Positions 15,886 through 25,784 of a stretch of DNA of 64,000 bases are shown in pieces. The position numbers and the translations under genes were made by a program. The stretch is from Halanaerobiales bacterium. GTDB taxonomy: Bacteria > Bacillota > Halanaerobiia > Halanaerobiales > M55B127. The DNA lies in assembly GCA_021736945.1 (NCBI GenBank), contig JAIPEX010000001.1, positions 4,864-68,863 on the forward strand, in the 5' to 3' direction. The notes beneath the pieces were generated by a model. That model was not told where the DNA came from. It made no database searches and worked only from the letters and a program-made list of their open reading frames with translations. The first letter of the stretch is position 1. Every line of letters starts with the position of its first letter.

Positions 15886-17749
15886 TATAATCATCCCCAA
15901 CTATATCTAGGTCCACATCTAAATTAAAACAAATATTACAACCCTTGCAATCAGCAAATCTACAATCAGTAGTAGGGGAATCATTGAGAGCTTTTTTATA
16001 TTCTTTTTCTAAAAACTTAGGATTTAATCCCATATTTATATGGTCCCAAGGAAGAATTTCATCTAAATCTCTTCTCCTTAAATAAAAATCAGGATCAATA
16101 TTATTTTCTCTAAATGCTTCTAACCATCTTTCAAAATCGAAAAAATCTCCCCAACCATCAAATCTGGCACCTTTTTCCCAAGCACTTATTAATACCTTGG
16201 AAAGTCTTCTATCACCTCTAGAAAATATACTCTCTAGTAAGGAAAGGTCTTCATCATTCCAACTAAACTTTATACCCTTTTTGTTTAAATGAGATCTTAA
16301 AAATCTTATTTTTTCTTGCAATTGATCCTTATTAACCATAGGTTCCCATTGAAAAGGAGTAGAAGCTTTAGGAATAAAAGTTGAAATACTCACATTAATT
16401 CTAATTGGTTTCATTCTCTTATCCGTATTTTTTCTAATCTCTTGTCCTTTATTTAAAACATTATTTACTAGATCTACAATTCCTTTTAAATCTGCTCGCT
16501 CTTCAGTTGGTAGACCAATCATAAAATATAGTTTTACGGTAGACCAACCTTCCTTAAAAGCAGCTTCAACAGCATCATACAAATTCTTCTCAGAAACTCC
16601 TTTATTTATTACATTTCTTAATCTAGCAGTTCCTGCTTCCGGAGCAAATGTTAAGCCTGTTTTTCTAACTTTTTGAACTTCTTTAGCCAATTCCACAGAA
16701 AATTCATCTACTCTTAAAGAAGATAACGAAATACTTATTTTATCCCCTTCATATTTTTCAGTTAATTCTTCTACTAATTCTTTGACTTCAGTATGATCAA
16801 CAGTACTTAAAGAAGTTAAAGAAATTTCTTCATAACCAGTATTTTCTAAAATGTTATCTATTTGTTTTAATAAAGTTTCTTTTGATCTTTCTCTTACCGG
16901 TCTATAAGTTATACCAGCTGAACAAAATCTACAACCTTTTGTACAACCCCTTGATACTTCTACAGTTGCCCTATCATGTACAATTTCCATATAAGGTACT
17001 AAAAATTTTTCGGGATAAAAAGCATTATCGAGGTCTGTCACAAGTTGTCTGGTTACATTTGCTTTAATCTCTTCACTTACAGGCTCAATATTTTTAATAT
17101 GTCCACTTTCATGATAATCAACATTATATAAAGAAGGAACATAAACACCAGGGATATGAGATAGTTTTTTTAATATTTCTTTTTTTTCATAACCACTATT
17201 CTCTAAATCTTGATATTTGTTTATTATATCCACAATATAATCTTCAGCTTCACCTATAAATATTAAATCAAAAAACTTTGCGACTGGTTCTACATTACTT
17301 ACAATAGAACCTCCCCCAATAACTAAAGGAGCTTCTTTTTTTCTTTTTGAGCTATAAAATTCTAATCCTGCCAAATCTAATATTGTTAAAATATTAGTGT
17401 AACTCATTTCATATTGAAGAGTAAAAGCAAGAATATCAAATTCATCCACACTGCGTCCTGACTCAAGTGAGAAAATTGGTAAATCCTCTTCCCTCAATAG
17501 ACTTTCAAAATCAGGCCACGGTGAAAATGTTCGTTCACAAATAATATTATCTTCTTGATTCAATAGATGATAAATAATTTTTAGACCCAAATGAGACATA
17601 CCTATTTCATAAGTATCAGGAAATGCAGTTAATACTTTGATTGAGTCCTCCTGCCATTCCTTTTTTATGATATTATACTCATTACCAATATATCTTTCAG
17701 GATTAGTTACCTCCATTAGTCTATCATATATTTTTTCTCTTACGTTCAT
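15875..17749 (-). CDS. B12-binding-domain radical SAM protein (TIGR03960 family)
   Basis: 624 aa. The CxxxCxxC motif is in SRGCTKGCRFCSAG. The N-terminal region is Rossmann/B12-like. This is the conserved partner of the TIGR03936 protein. Confidence 0.75.
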   Translation of the reverse strand: MNVREKIYDRLMEVTNPERYIGNEYNIIKKEWQEDSIKVLTAFPDTYEIGMSHLGLKIIYHLLNQEDNIICERTFSPWPDFESLLREEDLPIFSLESGRSVDEFDILAFTLQYEMSYTNILTILDLAGLEFYSSKRKKEAPLVIGGGSIVSNVEPVAKFFDLIFIGEAEDYIVDIINKYQDLENSGYEKKEILKKLSHIPGVYVPSLYNVDYHESGHIKNIEPVSEEIKANVTRQLVTDLDNAFYPEKFLVPYMEIVHDRATVEVSRGCTKGCRFCSAGITYRPVRERSKETLLKQIDNILENTGYEEISLTSLSTVDHTEVKELVEELTEKYEGDKISISLSSLRVDEFSVELAKEVQKVRKTGLTFAPEAGTARLRNVINKGVSEKNLYDAVEAAFKEGWSTVKLYFMIGLPTEERADLKGIVDLVNNVLNKGQEIRKNTDKRMKPIRINVSISTFIPKASTPFQWEPMVNKDQLQEKIRFLRSHLNKKGIKFSWNDEDLSLLESIFSRGDRRLSKVLISAWEKGARFDGWGDFFDFERWLEAFRENNIDPDFYLRRRDLDEILPWDHINMGLNPKFLEKEYKKALNDSPTTDCRFADCKGCNICFNLDVDLDIVGDDYNVN

Positions 17750-17775
17750 TACTTACACCTCAGTAGTACGAATTA

Positions 17776-18912
17776 TTAAAAATGTAATTTCTTTTTTCTT
17801 ATATTAATATTTAAAACAATTCCTATTGCAATAATAGAAGTTACCATCGACGTTCCTCCATAACTAATAAAGGGAAGTGGAATACCAGTAATTGGCATTA
17901 ACCCCATTGTCATACCAATATTTTCTACAACATGGAAGAAAAACATTGCTATAATTCCGGTAACTACTAACTTGCCATATCTATCCTTTGCCTGCATTGC
18001 AATATTAAATAATTGCCAGAACAATACAATAAATAAAGCTATCACAATTAAAATACCTATAAACCCAAATTCTTCACCTAATACAGAAAAAATAAAATCT
18101 GTATGTTTTTCTGGTAAAAAGTTCAGCTGGTTTTGGGTTCCTTCAAATAAACCTTTACCCGTTAATCTACCGGAACCAATTGCAATTTTAGATTGAATAA
18201 TATTATACCCAATCCCTTGTGGATCAATATTTGGATTAATAAAAGCTATCAATCTATTCAATTGATATTCTTTTAAAAAAGGTAATGGAGTATTAAAAAA
18301 GATATGTGAACTTATTAGGGTCACAATAGATAAAAATCCTCCACCAAAAATACCATAAAGAATCTTTTTATTAAAACCTGCGACATAAAGCATTGATATT
18401 AAAATTATTAGTAATACCAAAGCAGTACCTAAATCATTTTGTAAAATGATTAATACAAAGGGAATTAAGAAATAAATAAAAGGTAAAACCATATCTTTTA
18501 ATGAATTCAGTTCATCCTTATGGTCCAATATAGTAGCCAACACTAGTACCAATACTATTTTAGAAACCTCAGATGGTTGAAAATTTATGAACCCAATATC
18601 TATCCACCTTCGACCACCTGCTATATTAGCTCCATATATATGCGTCATAAATAATATGATTACCATTGAACCAAATATTAATTGATAATACTCTTTAAAT
18701 ATTCTATAATCAAAAAACTGTATAAAAATTGCAACAATAAAACCTAGAATTGCTGCAATTATCTGCTTTTTTAAATAAATAGAACCATTAGAATCAACTC
18801 TATTTATTTCCACCGCAGAAGAAATAGCAATTATCCCAATAATAATTAATAAAATAGTTGTAATAGGGATATAAATATTTATGTTTTTGAATAACTTTTT
18901 ATTTAATTGCAT
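17776..18912 (-). CDS. rodA: peptidoglycan glycosyltransferase RodA (SEDS family)
   Basis: It is a multi-pass membrane protein with SEDS motifs (FQPSE, LPEKHTDFIFSVLGEEFG, PLPFISYGG). I moved the start to the ATG at 18910-18912 (RBS AAAGGAAG), because the track's longest ORF (to 18960) would overlap minE. Confidence 0.88.
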   Translation of the reverse strand: MQLNKKLFKNINIYIPITTILLIIIGIIAISSAVEINRVDSNGSIYLKKQIIAAILGFIVAIFIQFFDYRIFKEYYQLIFGSMVIILFMTHIYGANIAGGRRWIDIGFINFQPSEVSKIVLVLVLATILDHKDELNSLKDMVLPFIYFLIPFVLIILQNDLGTALVLLIILISMLYVAGFNKKILYGIFGGGFLSIVTLISSHIFFNTPLPFLKEYQLNRLIAFINPNIDPQGIGYNIIQSKIAIGSGRLTGKGLFEGTQNQLNFLPEKHTDFIFSVLGEEFGFIGILIVIALFIVLFWQLFNIAMQAKDRYGKLVVTGIIAMFFFHVVENIGMTMGLMPITGIPLPFISYGGTSMVTSIIAIGIVLNINIRKKKLHF

Positions 18913-18925
18913 AGATAACTTCCTT

Positions 18926-19195
18926 TTATTGTTCCTTCCTCCTAAGTGGGAAATTAGCAACCATAGCCATCATTTGGTCTTCACGGTTGATTTCCATATC
19001 AATTTCCCGATCATCAACATCTACATACTTTTTCATTACCTTTAATAAATCTTTCTTTAAAGACTCCATCTCAGATGGTGACAGATTTATTCTATCCTGT
19101 ACTAAAATAAATTGTAGTCTTTCCTTTGCAACATTTTTACTGGAATCATCTTTCTCTTTTTTCTTTTTAAATCCTAAGAATTCTAATAAACCGAT
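18926..19195 (-). CDS. minE: cell division topological specificity factor MinE (non-canonical start)
   Basis: My own translation gives (I/M)GLLEFLGFKKKKEKDDSSKNVAKERLQFILVQDRINLSPSEMESLKKDLLKVMKKYVDVDDREIDMEINREDQMMAMVANFPLRRKEQ*. The N-terminus aligns with E. coli MinE [26 protein letters not shown]. It lies immediately after minD. It is not in the ORF track because no ATG/GTG/TTG start exists. The start coordinate is uncertain (ATC at 19195 or ATT at 19201). Confidence 0.85.
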   Translation of the reverse strand: MGLLEFLGFKKKKEKDDSSKNVAKERLQFILVQDRINLSPSEMESLKKDLLKVMKKYVDVDDREIDMEINREDQMMAMVANFPLRRKEQ

Positions 19196-19212
19196 TGTAA
19201 TTACCCCCTTTA

Positions 19213-20007
19213 TTAAGAAAAACTAAATAATTTTTTGAGTTTTGTAAAAAATGTTTTATCTTCTAAAGAAATAAAATTAACTTCCTGTCCTGAAATCCTG
19301 CGAGCAATATTCTTGAATGCAGTACCAGCTTTAGGATTATCTTTTAATACAACTGGTTCCCCTCTATTTGAGGATACAACTATTATCTGGTCTTCAGGTA
19401 CAATACCCTTTAGTTTTACTGCTAAAATTTCTATTATATCTTCAATACTCATCATATCTCCCCTACTAACCATTTCAGGATTTATTCTATTTATAATCAC
19501 CTCTGGATCTTTAATTCCTTCAGCTTCTAATAAACCAATAATTCTATCTGCATCTCTAACAGCTGAAACTTCAGGTGTTGTAACTATTAATGCAAAATCA
19601 GCCCCAGCTATAGCATTTTTAAAACCTTGTTCTATACCAGCAGGAGAATCAATAATAACATAATCCATATCTTCTTTTAACTCATCGACTAATGTTTTCA
19701 TTTGTTGAGGTTGTACTGCTGTTTTGTCTCTTGTTTGAGCTGCCGGTAGTAGAAATAAATTTTTATGCCTTTTATCTCTTATTAATGCCTGTTCCAATCT
19801 ACAATTCTCTTCTACTACATCAACAATGTCATAAACAATTCTGTTTTCCAGTCCCATAACTACATCTAAATTTCTAAGACCAATATCAGCATCAATTAAA
19901 CATACTCTATGGTCCATCATAGCTAATGCAGTCCCTATATTAGCAACTGTAGTTGTTTTGCCAACTCCACCTTTTCCCGAAGTTATAACTATTGCTTTAC
20001 TTGCCAA
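19213..20007 (-). CDS. minD: septum site-determining ATPase MinD
   Basis: It has the deviant Walker A SGKGGVGKTT and a C-terminal amphipathic helix. I prefer the TTG at 20007 (RBS GGAGGG, 7-nt spacing, giving 264 aa) over the track start at 20040, which overlaps minC. Confidence 0.93.
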   Translation of the reverse strand: MASKAIVITSGKGGVGKTTTVANIGTALAMMDHRVCLIDADIGLRNLDVVMGLENRIVYDIVDVVEENCRLEQALIRDKRHKNLFLLPAAQTRDKTAVQPQQMKTLVDELKEDMDYVIIDSPAGIEQGFKNAIAGADFALIVTTPEVSAVRDADRIIGLLEAEGIKDPEVIINRINPEMVSRGDMMSIEDIIEILAVKLKGIVPEDQIIVVSSNRGEPVVLKDNPKAGTAFKNIARRISGQEVNFISLEDKTFFTKLKKLFSFS

Positions 20008-20029
20008 TTTATTCCCTCCATTTTTATTA

Positions 20030-20653
20030 TTATATTTCAAAATTTTCTACCATAATATTACCTTCCTGAATAAACGCTCTTTCTGGTTTAAGGTTCTTAT
20101 TTTTAGAACTTTCTTCAGGAGGTCTTGCAATTTTTTTAGAAATTCTTAATTGAGTAGGGTCTAATTTTAAAGCTGTAACAGAAGCTTTATCAGAACCACC
20201 TGCCCCAGCATGCACAACTCCTCTGATTTTTCCAAAAACTACTATGTCTCCTCCTGCAACCACTTCGGCTCCAGGATTAATATCACCGATTATTACTACA
20301 TTACCAGCTTTTTTAATTTTTTGTCCAGATCTTAATGTCCTATTAATTAAAATTGTTTCCCCTTCATTACTTATTTCAAGTGTATTAGTTTTTTCCTTAT
20401 TAATAACATCACTAGTAAAAATTATATTTTTTACATCTTTATATCCCCTAGCAATATTTACTATTTCATTAAGCTGATCTATTTTAAAGCTGCTCTCAGC
20501 TATATTTATATACAAATCTGCACCAGCATAAAAATTAGTAGCACTTTCTACATGATCTCTTAATGCATCTTTTATGCGATTAAAATTTGCTTTTGGATCT
20601 AAAGATAAAACTATACCATCTTTAGCTACTTTAAACGTAATAGGTGATTTCAT
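20030..20653 (-). CDS. minC: septum site-determining protein MinC
   Basis: 207 aa. The C-terminal beta-helix repeats (GDINPGAEVVAGGDIVVFGKIRGVVHAG) and the position upstream of minD support the call. Confidence 0.88.
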   Translation of the reverse strand: MKSPITFKVAKDGIVLSLDPKANFNRIKDALRDHVESATNFYAGADLYINIAESSFKIDQLNEIVNIARGYKDVKNIIFTSDVINKEKTNTLEISNEGETILINRTLRSGQKIKKAGNVVIIGDINPGAEVVAGGDIVVFGKIRGVVHAGAGGSDKASVTALKLDPTQLRISKKIARPPEESSKNKNLKPERAFIQEGNIMVENFEI

Positions 20654-20713
20654 AATATAATTATCCTTCCTTTTCGTTATAATAAATTCGCTAATAAAAA
20701 ATGAAATCCTTTT

Positions 20714-22681
20714 CTAATTAGAAGAAAATACCTCACTAATATACCTATCTAGTGGTTCTGACTCTTTAGAATTATTTTCAACCACCGTTTCTGTATTTTC
20801 TCTTTTGACAGTATTCTCTTCTTTTGAATCATCTTCAAGATTGAAATATTCTTTAATTATATCCCCAGCAATAGGGAGAGCATAACTACTCGAACTACCA
20901 TTTTCTATAAATATTAACACAGCAATTTGAGGGTCATCACTTGGGGCAAAACCTCCAAACCAACCGTGACTTACATCAGTAGTACCGGACTGAGCAGTTC
21001 CTGTTTTACCTGCCACACTAATCGGAAAATCCCTAAAAGTACTCCTAGCTGTCCCATATGAGGACATAGTAACTTCTTCCATACCTTCATGTAAGATATC
21101 AAATAATTTCTCATTATAATCTAATTCTTTTATTACTTTGGATTGTTGATCATATACCATTTGACCATTTGCATTCATAATTTTGTCAACTAAATAAGGA
21201 CGATATAGGGTACCTTTGTTTGCTATAGCGGAAATATAATTTACCAATTGGAGTGGAGTCGTTAGAAGTCCACCCTGACCGATTGATAAATTAACAGAAT
21301 CCCCAGGATTCCAACCACTTTTATTTTCACTTATTGGTGTGTCAGGAACTTTTCCAGCTTTTTCTTCTGGTAGATCAATCTGAGTTTTAGTGCCTAATCC
21401 ATAATTTAAAGCGGTTTGAACCAATTTTTCCCCTTTATATTTCTCATATAATCTATATCCTAATTTATAAAAGACAATATTATTTGATCGAGCAATGGCT
21501 TTAGTGAAATCTAATTTACCTTCTCCACCAGGATGCCAATTTCTGAAAGGCCTTGACCACTGAGGAATATAAAACAAGCCATTTTCATCTTCAAATTCAG
21601 TTTCGCCATTTACATTTAGAAATTCTATAGCTGCTGTTCCTGTTACTAATTTAAATAAAGAACCAGGCGGTACTGCTGCCATTGTATTTCTATCTAACAT
21701 CGGCTTTAATGGGTTTGCCGCTAATTCTTTATAATCTTTTTCAGATAAACCTGATGTGAATGTTGCTAAATCGAAATCAGGATAACTTGCCATTGCTAAG
21801 ACTTTACCATTATTAGGATTTATTACAATTGCAGAACCTCCAGTTGGTGGATATCTTTCTGAATCATTTTCTGCTTCTTCTATCAGTCTTTCTATATGTC
21901 CTTTCAGAATCTTTTCTGTTTCTCTTTGAAAATTTAAATCGATATTTAATATTATATCATTACCCGGCACAGGAGGTTTCGTACCTATCTCCTTGACTTT
22001 TTCACCAAGATTATTTACTTCAATTTGTCGGATTCCATCAACACCCTTTAAATAAGATTCATATTCTTTTTCAAGACCAGATTTACCTATCATATCCTGA
22101 ACATTATAACTACTTATGCCTTGAGTAGAATATTTCTCTAATTCACTTTTATTGATTTCACCAACATATCCTATTAAATGAGAAGCAGTATTACTGTAAA
22201 CATAATCTCTAACTGAAGATTCTCTTACCAATACTCCTGGTAGCTCTTCAGAATTTTCTAATAATATAACCATGTTTTCTTTATCAATATTACGTTTTAA
22301 AATAAGTCCATTTCTATTATTAATATTCTTTTTGCTAAATTCATAATTTTCTATAAGTCTTTCATAATTTAAAGAAGTCAAGTTAGCAATATTTTCTATT
22401 AAAGTTTCAACATTTATTTCGGGGGGAATTTCATTTGGAAGTAAATACAAATCGTGGGATAACTTATTACTTACCAGTATTTCACCTTCCCGGTCAATAA
22501 TTTTGCCTCTTGGAGCACTAATTGGACGAAATGAAGTCCTATTTCCCTCTGAGAGATTATAAAAATAATCTCCTTTGATTATTTGTAGTTGAAAACTTCT
22601 TAGTATCAATACAGCAAATATTATTAACAATACTATTTTAAAAATTTTAATTCTATCTTCCATAATAATTTTCTCCACCAT
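20714..22681 (-). CDS. mrdA: penicillin-binding protein 2 (elongasome transpeptidase)
   Basis: 655 aa. It has an N-terminal TM anchor and the motifs SLFK (SxxK), SNN (SxN) and KTGT. It lies between mreD and minC. An alternative start is the ATG at 22663. Confidence 0.88.
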   Translation of the reverse strand: MVEKIIMEDRIKIFKIVLLIIFAVLILRSFQLQIIKGDYFYNLSEGNRTSFRPISAPRGKIIDREGEILVSNKLSHDLYLLPNEIPPEINVETLIENIANLTSLNYERLIENYEFSKKNINNRNGLILKRNIDKENMVILLENSEELPGVLVRESSVRDYVYSNTASHLIGYVGEINKSELEKYSTQGISSYNVQDMIGKSGLEKEYESYLKGVDGIRQIEVNNLGEKVKEIGTKPPVPGNDIILNIDLNFQRETEKILKGHIERLIEEAENDSERYPPTGGSAIVINPNNGKVLAMASYPDFDLATFTSGLSEKDYKELAANPLKPMLDRNTMAAVPPGSLFKLVTGTAAIEFLNVNGETEFEDENGLFYIPQWSRPFRNWHPGGEGKLDFTKAIARSNNIVFYKLGYRLYEKYKGEKLVQTALNYGLGTKTQIDLPEEKAGKVPDTPISENKSGWNPGDSVNLSIGQGGLLTTPLQLVNYISAIANKGTLYRPYLVDKIMNANGQMVYDQQSKVIKELDYNEKLFDILHEGMEEVTMSSYGTARSTFRDFPISVAGKTGTAQSGTTDVSHGWFGGFAPSDDPQIAVLIFIENGSSSSYALPIAGDIIKEYFNLEDDSKEENTVKRENTETVVENNSKESEPLDRYISEVFSSN

Positions 22682-23153
22682 AAAAAGTTTTATAAAAAAT
22701 AATATAAATTAAAAACGATAATACACCATTATATAAAGCACTTGGTAAGATGACAGATCTTATAGTTACCCAGTAGTTAATACTAAATATTAATTCCTCG
22801 GATAATATAATAGCTAATAAGTAATAAACAATTGATGCAAAAAATGTAGTAATTGGAGCTAATAAATAATTACCTTTATAAAAATGTCCCTCTAAAAAAC
22901 CAGATATAAAAGCAAGAGGACCTTTAATAATTGTATTTATAGAAATAAAATTTCCTAGAAAAATATCCTGCAGTAATCCCCCGATAATTCCTATGAGTAG
23001 ACCTGTCTTTGGTCCTTCTAAAATAGAAGTCACTACTATTAGAACCAAAAGAAAGTCAGGTTTAATTCCCCACGGAGTATATACGGAAAAGAGTATAATC
23101 TGCAGGATTAATCCAATTATTAATATCAATACAAAGATGATATTACGATTCAA
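22653..23153 (-). CDS. mreD: rod shape-determining protein MreD
   Basis: 166 aa polytopic membrane protein directly after mreC. The start is TTG with RBS GGAGGG. Confidence 0.8.
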   Translation of the reverse strand: MNRNIIFVLILIIGLILQIILFSVYTPWGIKPDFLLVLIVVTSILEGPKTGLLIGIIGGLLQDIFLGNFISINTIIKGPLAFISGFLEGHFYKGNYLLAPITTFFASIVYYLLAIILSEELIFSINYWVTIRSVILPSALYNGVLSFLIYIIFYKTFYGGENYYGR

Positions 23154-23164
23154 AAAGAGCCCTC

Positions 23165-23989
23165 CTAAAAATCAGTTATAACCAATACTTCCTCAATAGT
23201 CTTTAAAGAACTAAATAATTTTATTTTTGCACTTTGGGATAGACCATAATTATCAGAATTTATTTCTTTTACTACTCCTATCGGAAGACCTTTAGGATAG
23301 TTATTGGAAAATCCTGAAGTAACAATAATATCACCATTTTGAATATCAGCATCCCATGAAATTTTATCCATTATATTAACTTGATCATTATTTAATTGAC
23401 CGTTAACCATACCTATTGTTCTCGAATCAGTTCTTTGGACAATTCCCCCTACTGTAAACTCTGGATCATGAATTAAAGCAATTTGAGAACTACTGGATCC
23501 TACATAATCTATTCTACCAACTAAAGATCCATTGTAACTAATTACAGGCATCTGTTTTCTTATCCCATCATTCGAACCTCTATTAATTATTACTTTGTTC
23601 TCCCAAAGCGAGGGACTAAATCCTATTACAGTAGCTCCAAGTGTTTCAAAAGGAACATGTTCTTTGAATGATAATAATTCCCTTAATCTTTTATTTTCTC
23701 TCTTATAACTTTCAAGTCTTAAATTTTCAAGTTTTAATGTAGCTATTTGACGTTCTAAATTTTTGTTTTTCTCCATAACTTCATCCACGTTTAATATTCC
23801 CTGCCAATAATAAACAGTGTTATAATATAAATCCGAAAAAAATTCAATAATTGGACTTAATAAATTATATATCCCCCTTTCAATATATTGAAAATAGGGG
23901 ATATTTATATTGAAATAATATAGTGCACCTACAATTAGTAGTAATGCAACCAAGATTGAAACAAATATTATTCTTCCTTTATTACTCAA
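23165..23989 (-). CDS. mreC: rod shape-determining protein MreC
   Basis: 274 aa with an N-terminal TM, a coiled coil (LERQIATLKLENLRLESYKRENKRLRELL) and a beta-rich C-terminal domain. The start is TTG. Confidence 0.88.
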   Translation of the reverse strand: MSNKGRIIFVSILVALLLIVGALYYFNINIPYFQYIERGIYNLLSPIIEFFSDLYYNTVYYWQGILNVDEVMEKNKNLERQIATLKLENLRLESYKRENKRLRELLSFKEHVPFETLGATVIGFSPSLWENKVIINRGSNDGIRKQMPVISYNGSLVGRIDYVGSSSSQIALIHDPEFTVGGIVQRTDSRTIGMVNGQLNNDQVNIMDKISWDADIQNGDIIVTSGFSNNYPKGLPIGVVKEINSDNYGLSQSAKIKLFSSLKTIEEVLVITDF

Positions 23990-24001
23990 TTTATATTCCC
24001 C

Positions 24002-25045
24002 CTATGATAATTTTTTTGGGGTAATTAATAGATCTTTTATTTTATCAAGCTCTTCTAAAGCAATACCAGTACCATTCACAACGCAATCTAGAGGCTCTTC
24101 AGCTAGGTAAACAGGCATTTGTGTTACATCAATTAATAAATCATCTATTCCGTGTAATAAAGCACCTCCACCAGTTAAAATAATACCTCTACCCATGACA
24201 TCAGAAGCAAGTTCAGGCGGGGTTTTTTCTAAAGTACGTTTTACAGCATCTAATATATTATTGACTGGTTCTTTTAAAGCTTCTTTTATTTCTTTAGAAT
24301 TAATTGTTACAGTTTTAGGTAGACCATTTACTAAGTCTCTTCCTTTAATTTCTTTAGTTAAACCACCATTTTCTCCGGTGGCAGTTGCTGTACCAATGTC
24401 GATTTTAATCTGTTCTGCTGTTCTTTCTCCAACCATCAATTTATATTCTTTTTTAATATATTGGGAGATAGCTTCATCCATTTCATCTCCACCAATTCTT
24501 ATAGAAGTACTTGTTACAATCCCACCTAATGAAATAACAGCTACTTCTGTAGTACCTCCACCTATGTCAACAATCATATTTCCTGTGGGTTCATGAATAG
24601 GCAAACCAGCTCCTATAGCTGCTGCCATAGGTTCTTCAATTAAAAACGCACTTCTAGCACCAGCTTGAAGTGCTGCATCGATTACAGCTCTTTTTTCTAC
24701 TTCCGTTACTCCAGATGGAACACAAATAATAATTCTAGGCCTAACTAATCTATTTCTCTTATGGGCTTTGCGAATAAAATGCCTTAACATTGTTTCTGTA
24801 ACATCAAAATCAGCTATAACACCATCTTTCATGGGTCTAACTGCTTTAATATTCCCAGGAGTTCTACCAATCATATTTTTAGCTTCATTTCCTACTGCTA
24901 AAATTTTATGATCTTTTTCTTTTAAAGCCACGACAGAAGGTTCCCTTATAATAATTCCTTTACCTTTTACATAAACAAGTGTATTTGCTGTTCCTAAATC
25001 TATTCCCATATCACGGGAAAAAGGTGCACTTAAAAAATTAAACAA
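24002..25045 (-). CDS. mreB: rod shape-determining actin homologue MreB
   Basis: 347 aa. Actin-fold motifs are [12 protein letters not shown] and [13 protein letters not shown]. The start is TTG with RBS AAGGAGG. Confidence 0.95.
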   Translation of the reverse strand: MFNFLSAPFSRDMGIDLGTANTLVYVKGKGIIIREPSVVALKEKDHKILAVGNEAKNMIGRTPGNIKAVRPMKDGVIADFDVTETMLRHFIRKAHKRNRLVRPRIIICVPSGVTEVEKRAVIDAALQAGARSAFLIEEPMAAAIGAGLPIHEPTGNMIVDIGGGTTEVAVISLGGIVTSTSIRIGGDEMDEAISQYIKKEYKLMVGERTAEQIKIDIGTATATGENGGLTKEIKGRDLVNGLPKTVTINSKEIKEALKEPVNNILDAVKRTLEKTPPELASDVMGRGIILTGGGALLHGIDDLLIDVTQMPVYLAEEPLDCVVNGTGIALEELDKIKDLLITPKKLS

Positions 25046-25067
25046 CTTTTATTCCTCCTTTAATAGT

Positions 25068-25727
25068 TCAAAATAAGTTTCTTTCTTTTAGGCTAATAAA
25101 TTTTCCATCACCAATAATTATATGGTCTAGTACTTCGATACCAATTATATCCCCTGCAGTTGACAATCTTTTTGATACCTCAACATCATTTTGGCTTGGG
25201 GTAGGGTTACCGCTGGGATGATTATGTACAATTATTATTGAAGCACAACTTTTTTTAATCGCCTTTTTAAAAACCTCTCTTGGATGAACTACTGAACTTG
25301 CTAATCCACCCTTAGATATTAATTCTTTCGCAATCATCTTATTTTTTACATCCAACATTATTACATATAAATGTTCTTGTTTGAGATGTCTAAGCTCTGA
25401 CATTAATAGGGAGGCTACATCAGAAGAGGAATTTAAAATAATTTCCCCTTGAAATTTACAGCTATTAATTCTTTTACTCAATTCTATTACTGCACATAAT
25501 TGAGTGCTTTTTGCAATTCCAATTCCTTTATATTTCATAAATTCTTCCGGGGTTAAGTCTATAATCCCTTTTAGTCCATCTGTTTTATTCATTAAATTAT
25601 TAGCTAATTCAACTGCTGTAATAGATTGATAACCCGTTCTGATAACTAATGCTATTAATTCTTCAGTACTTAAACTGTTACTTCCGTATTTAATAATCTT
25701 TTCTCTGGGTCTTTTTTCAACAGGCAT
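25068..25727 (-). CDS. radC: RadC-like JAB/MPN domain protein (UPF0758)
   Basis: 219 aa with an HhH N-terminus and the JAMM motif HNHPSGNPTPSQND. It lies in the conserved maf-radC-mreB position. Confidence 0.85.
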   Translation of the reverse strand: MPVEKRPREKIIKYGSNSLSTEELIALVIRTGYQSITAVELANNLMNKTDGLKGIIDLTPEEFMKYKGIGIAKSTQLCAVIELSKRINSCKFQGEIILNSSSDVASLLMSELRHLKQEHLYVIMLDVKNKMIAKELISKGGLASSVVHPREVFKKAIKKSCASIIIVHNHPSGNPTPSQNDVEVSKRLSTAGDIIGIEVLDHIIIGDGKFISLKERNLF

Positions 25728-25784
25728 CTCTTTAATAGTGTATTTGCTATTTGATATAATTTTTTAATTAAATCCCCTTTCTAG

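Noticed and set aside
19235-19663. Plus-strand ORFs of 60-186 aa lying inside minus-strand genes. Examples are 19235-19663 in minD, 31744-32304 in rnfC, 24195-24596 in mreB, 27847-28203 in rnfB, 51567-51920 in purH, 3973-4311 in the ATPase gene and 1389-1724 in the sulfatase gene.
   Set aside because: Each lies entirely antisense to a gene with strong motif support. Their translations are low-complexity Ser/Ile/Phe/Leu-rich strings, typical of antisense reading of AT-rich coding DNA. I saw no RBS in front of them.
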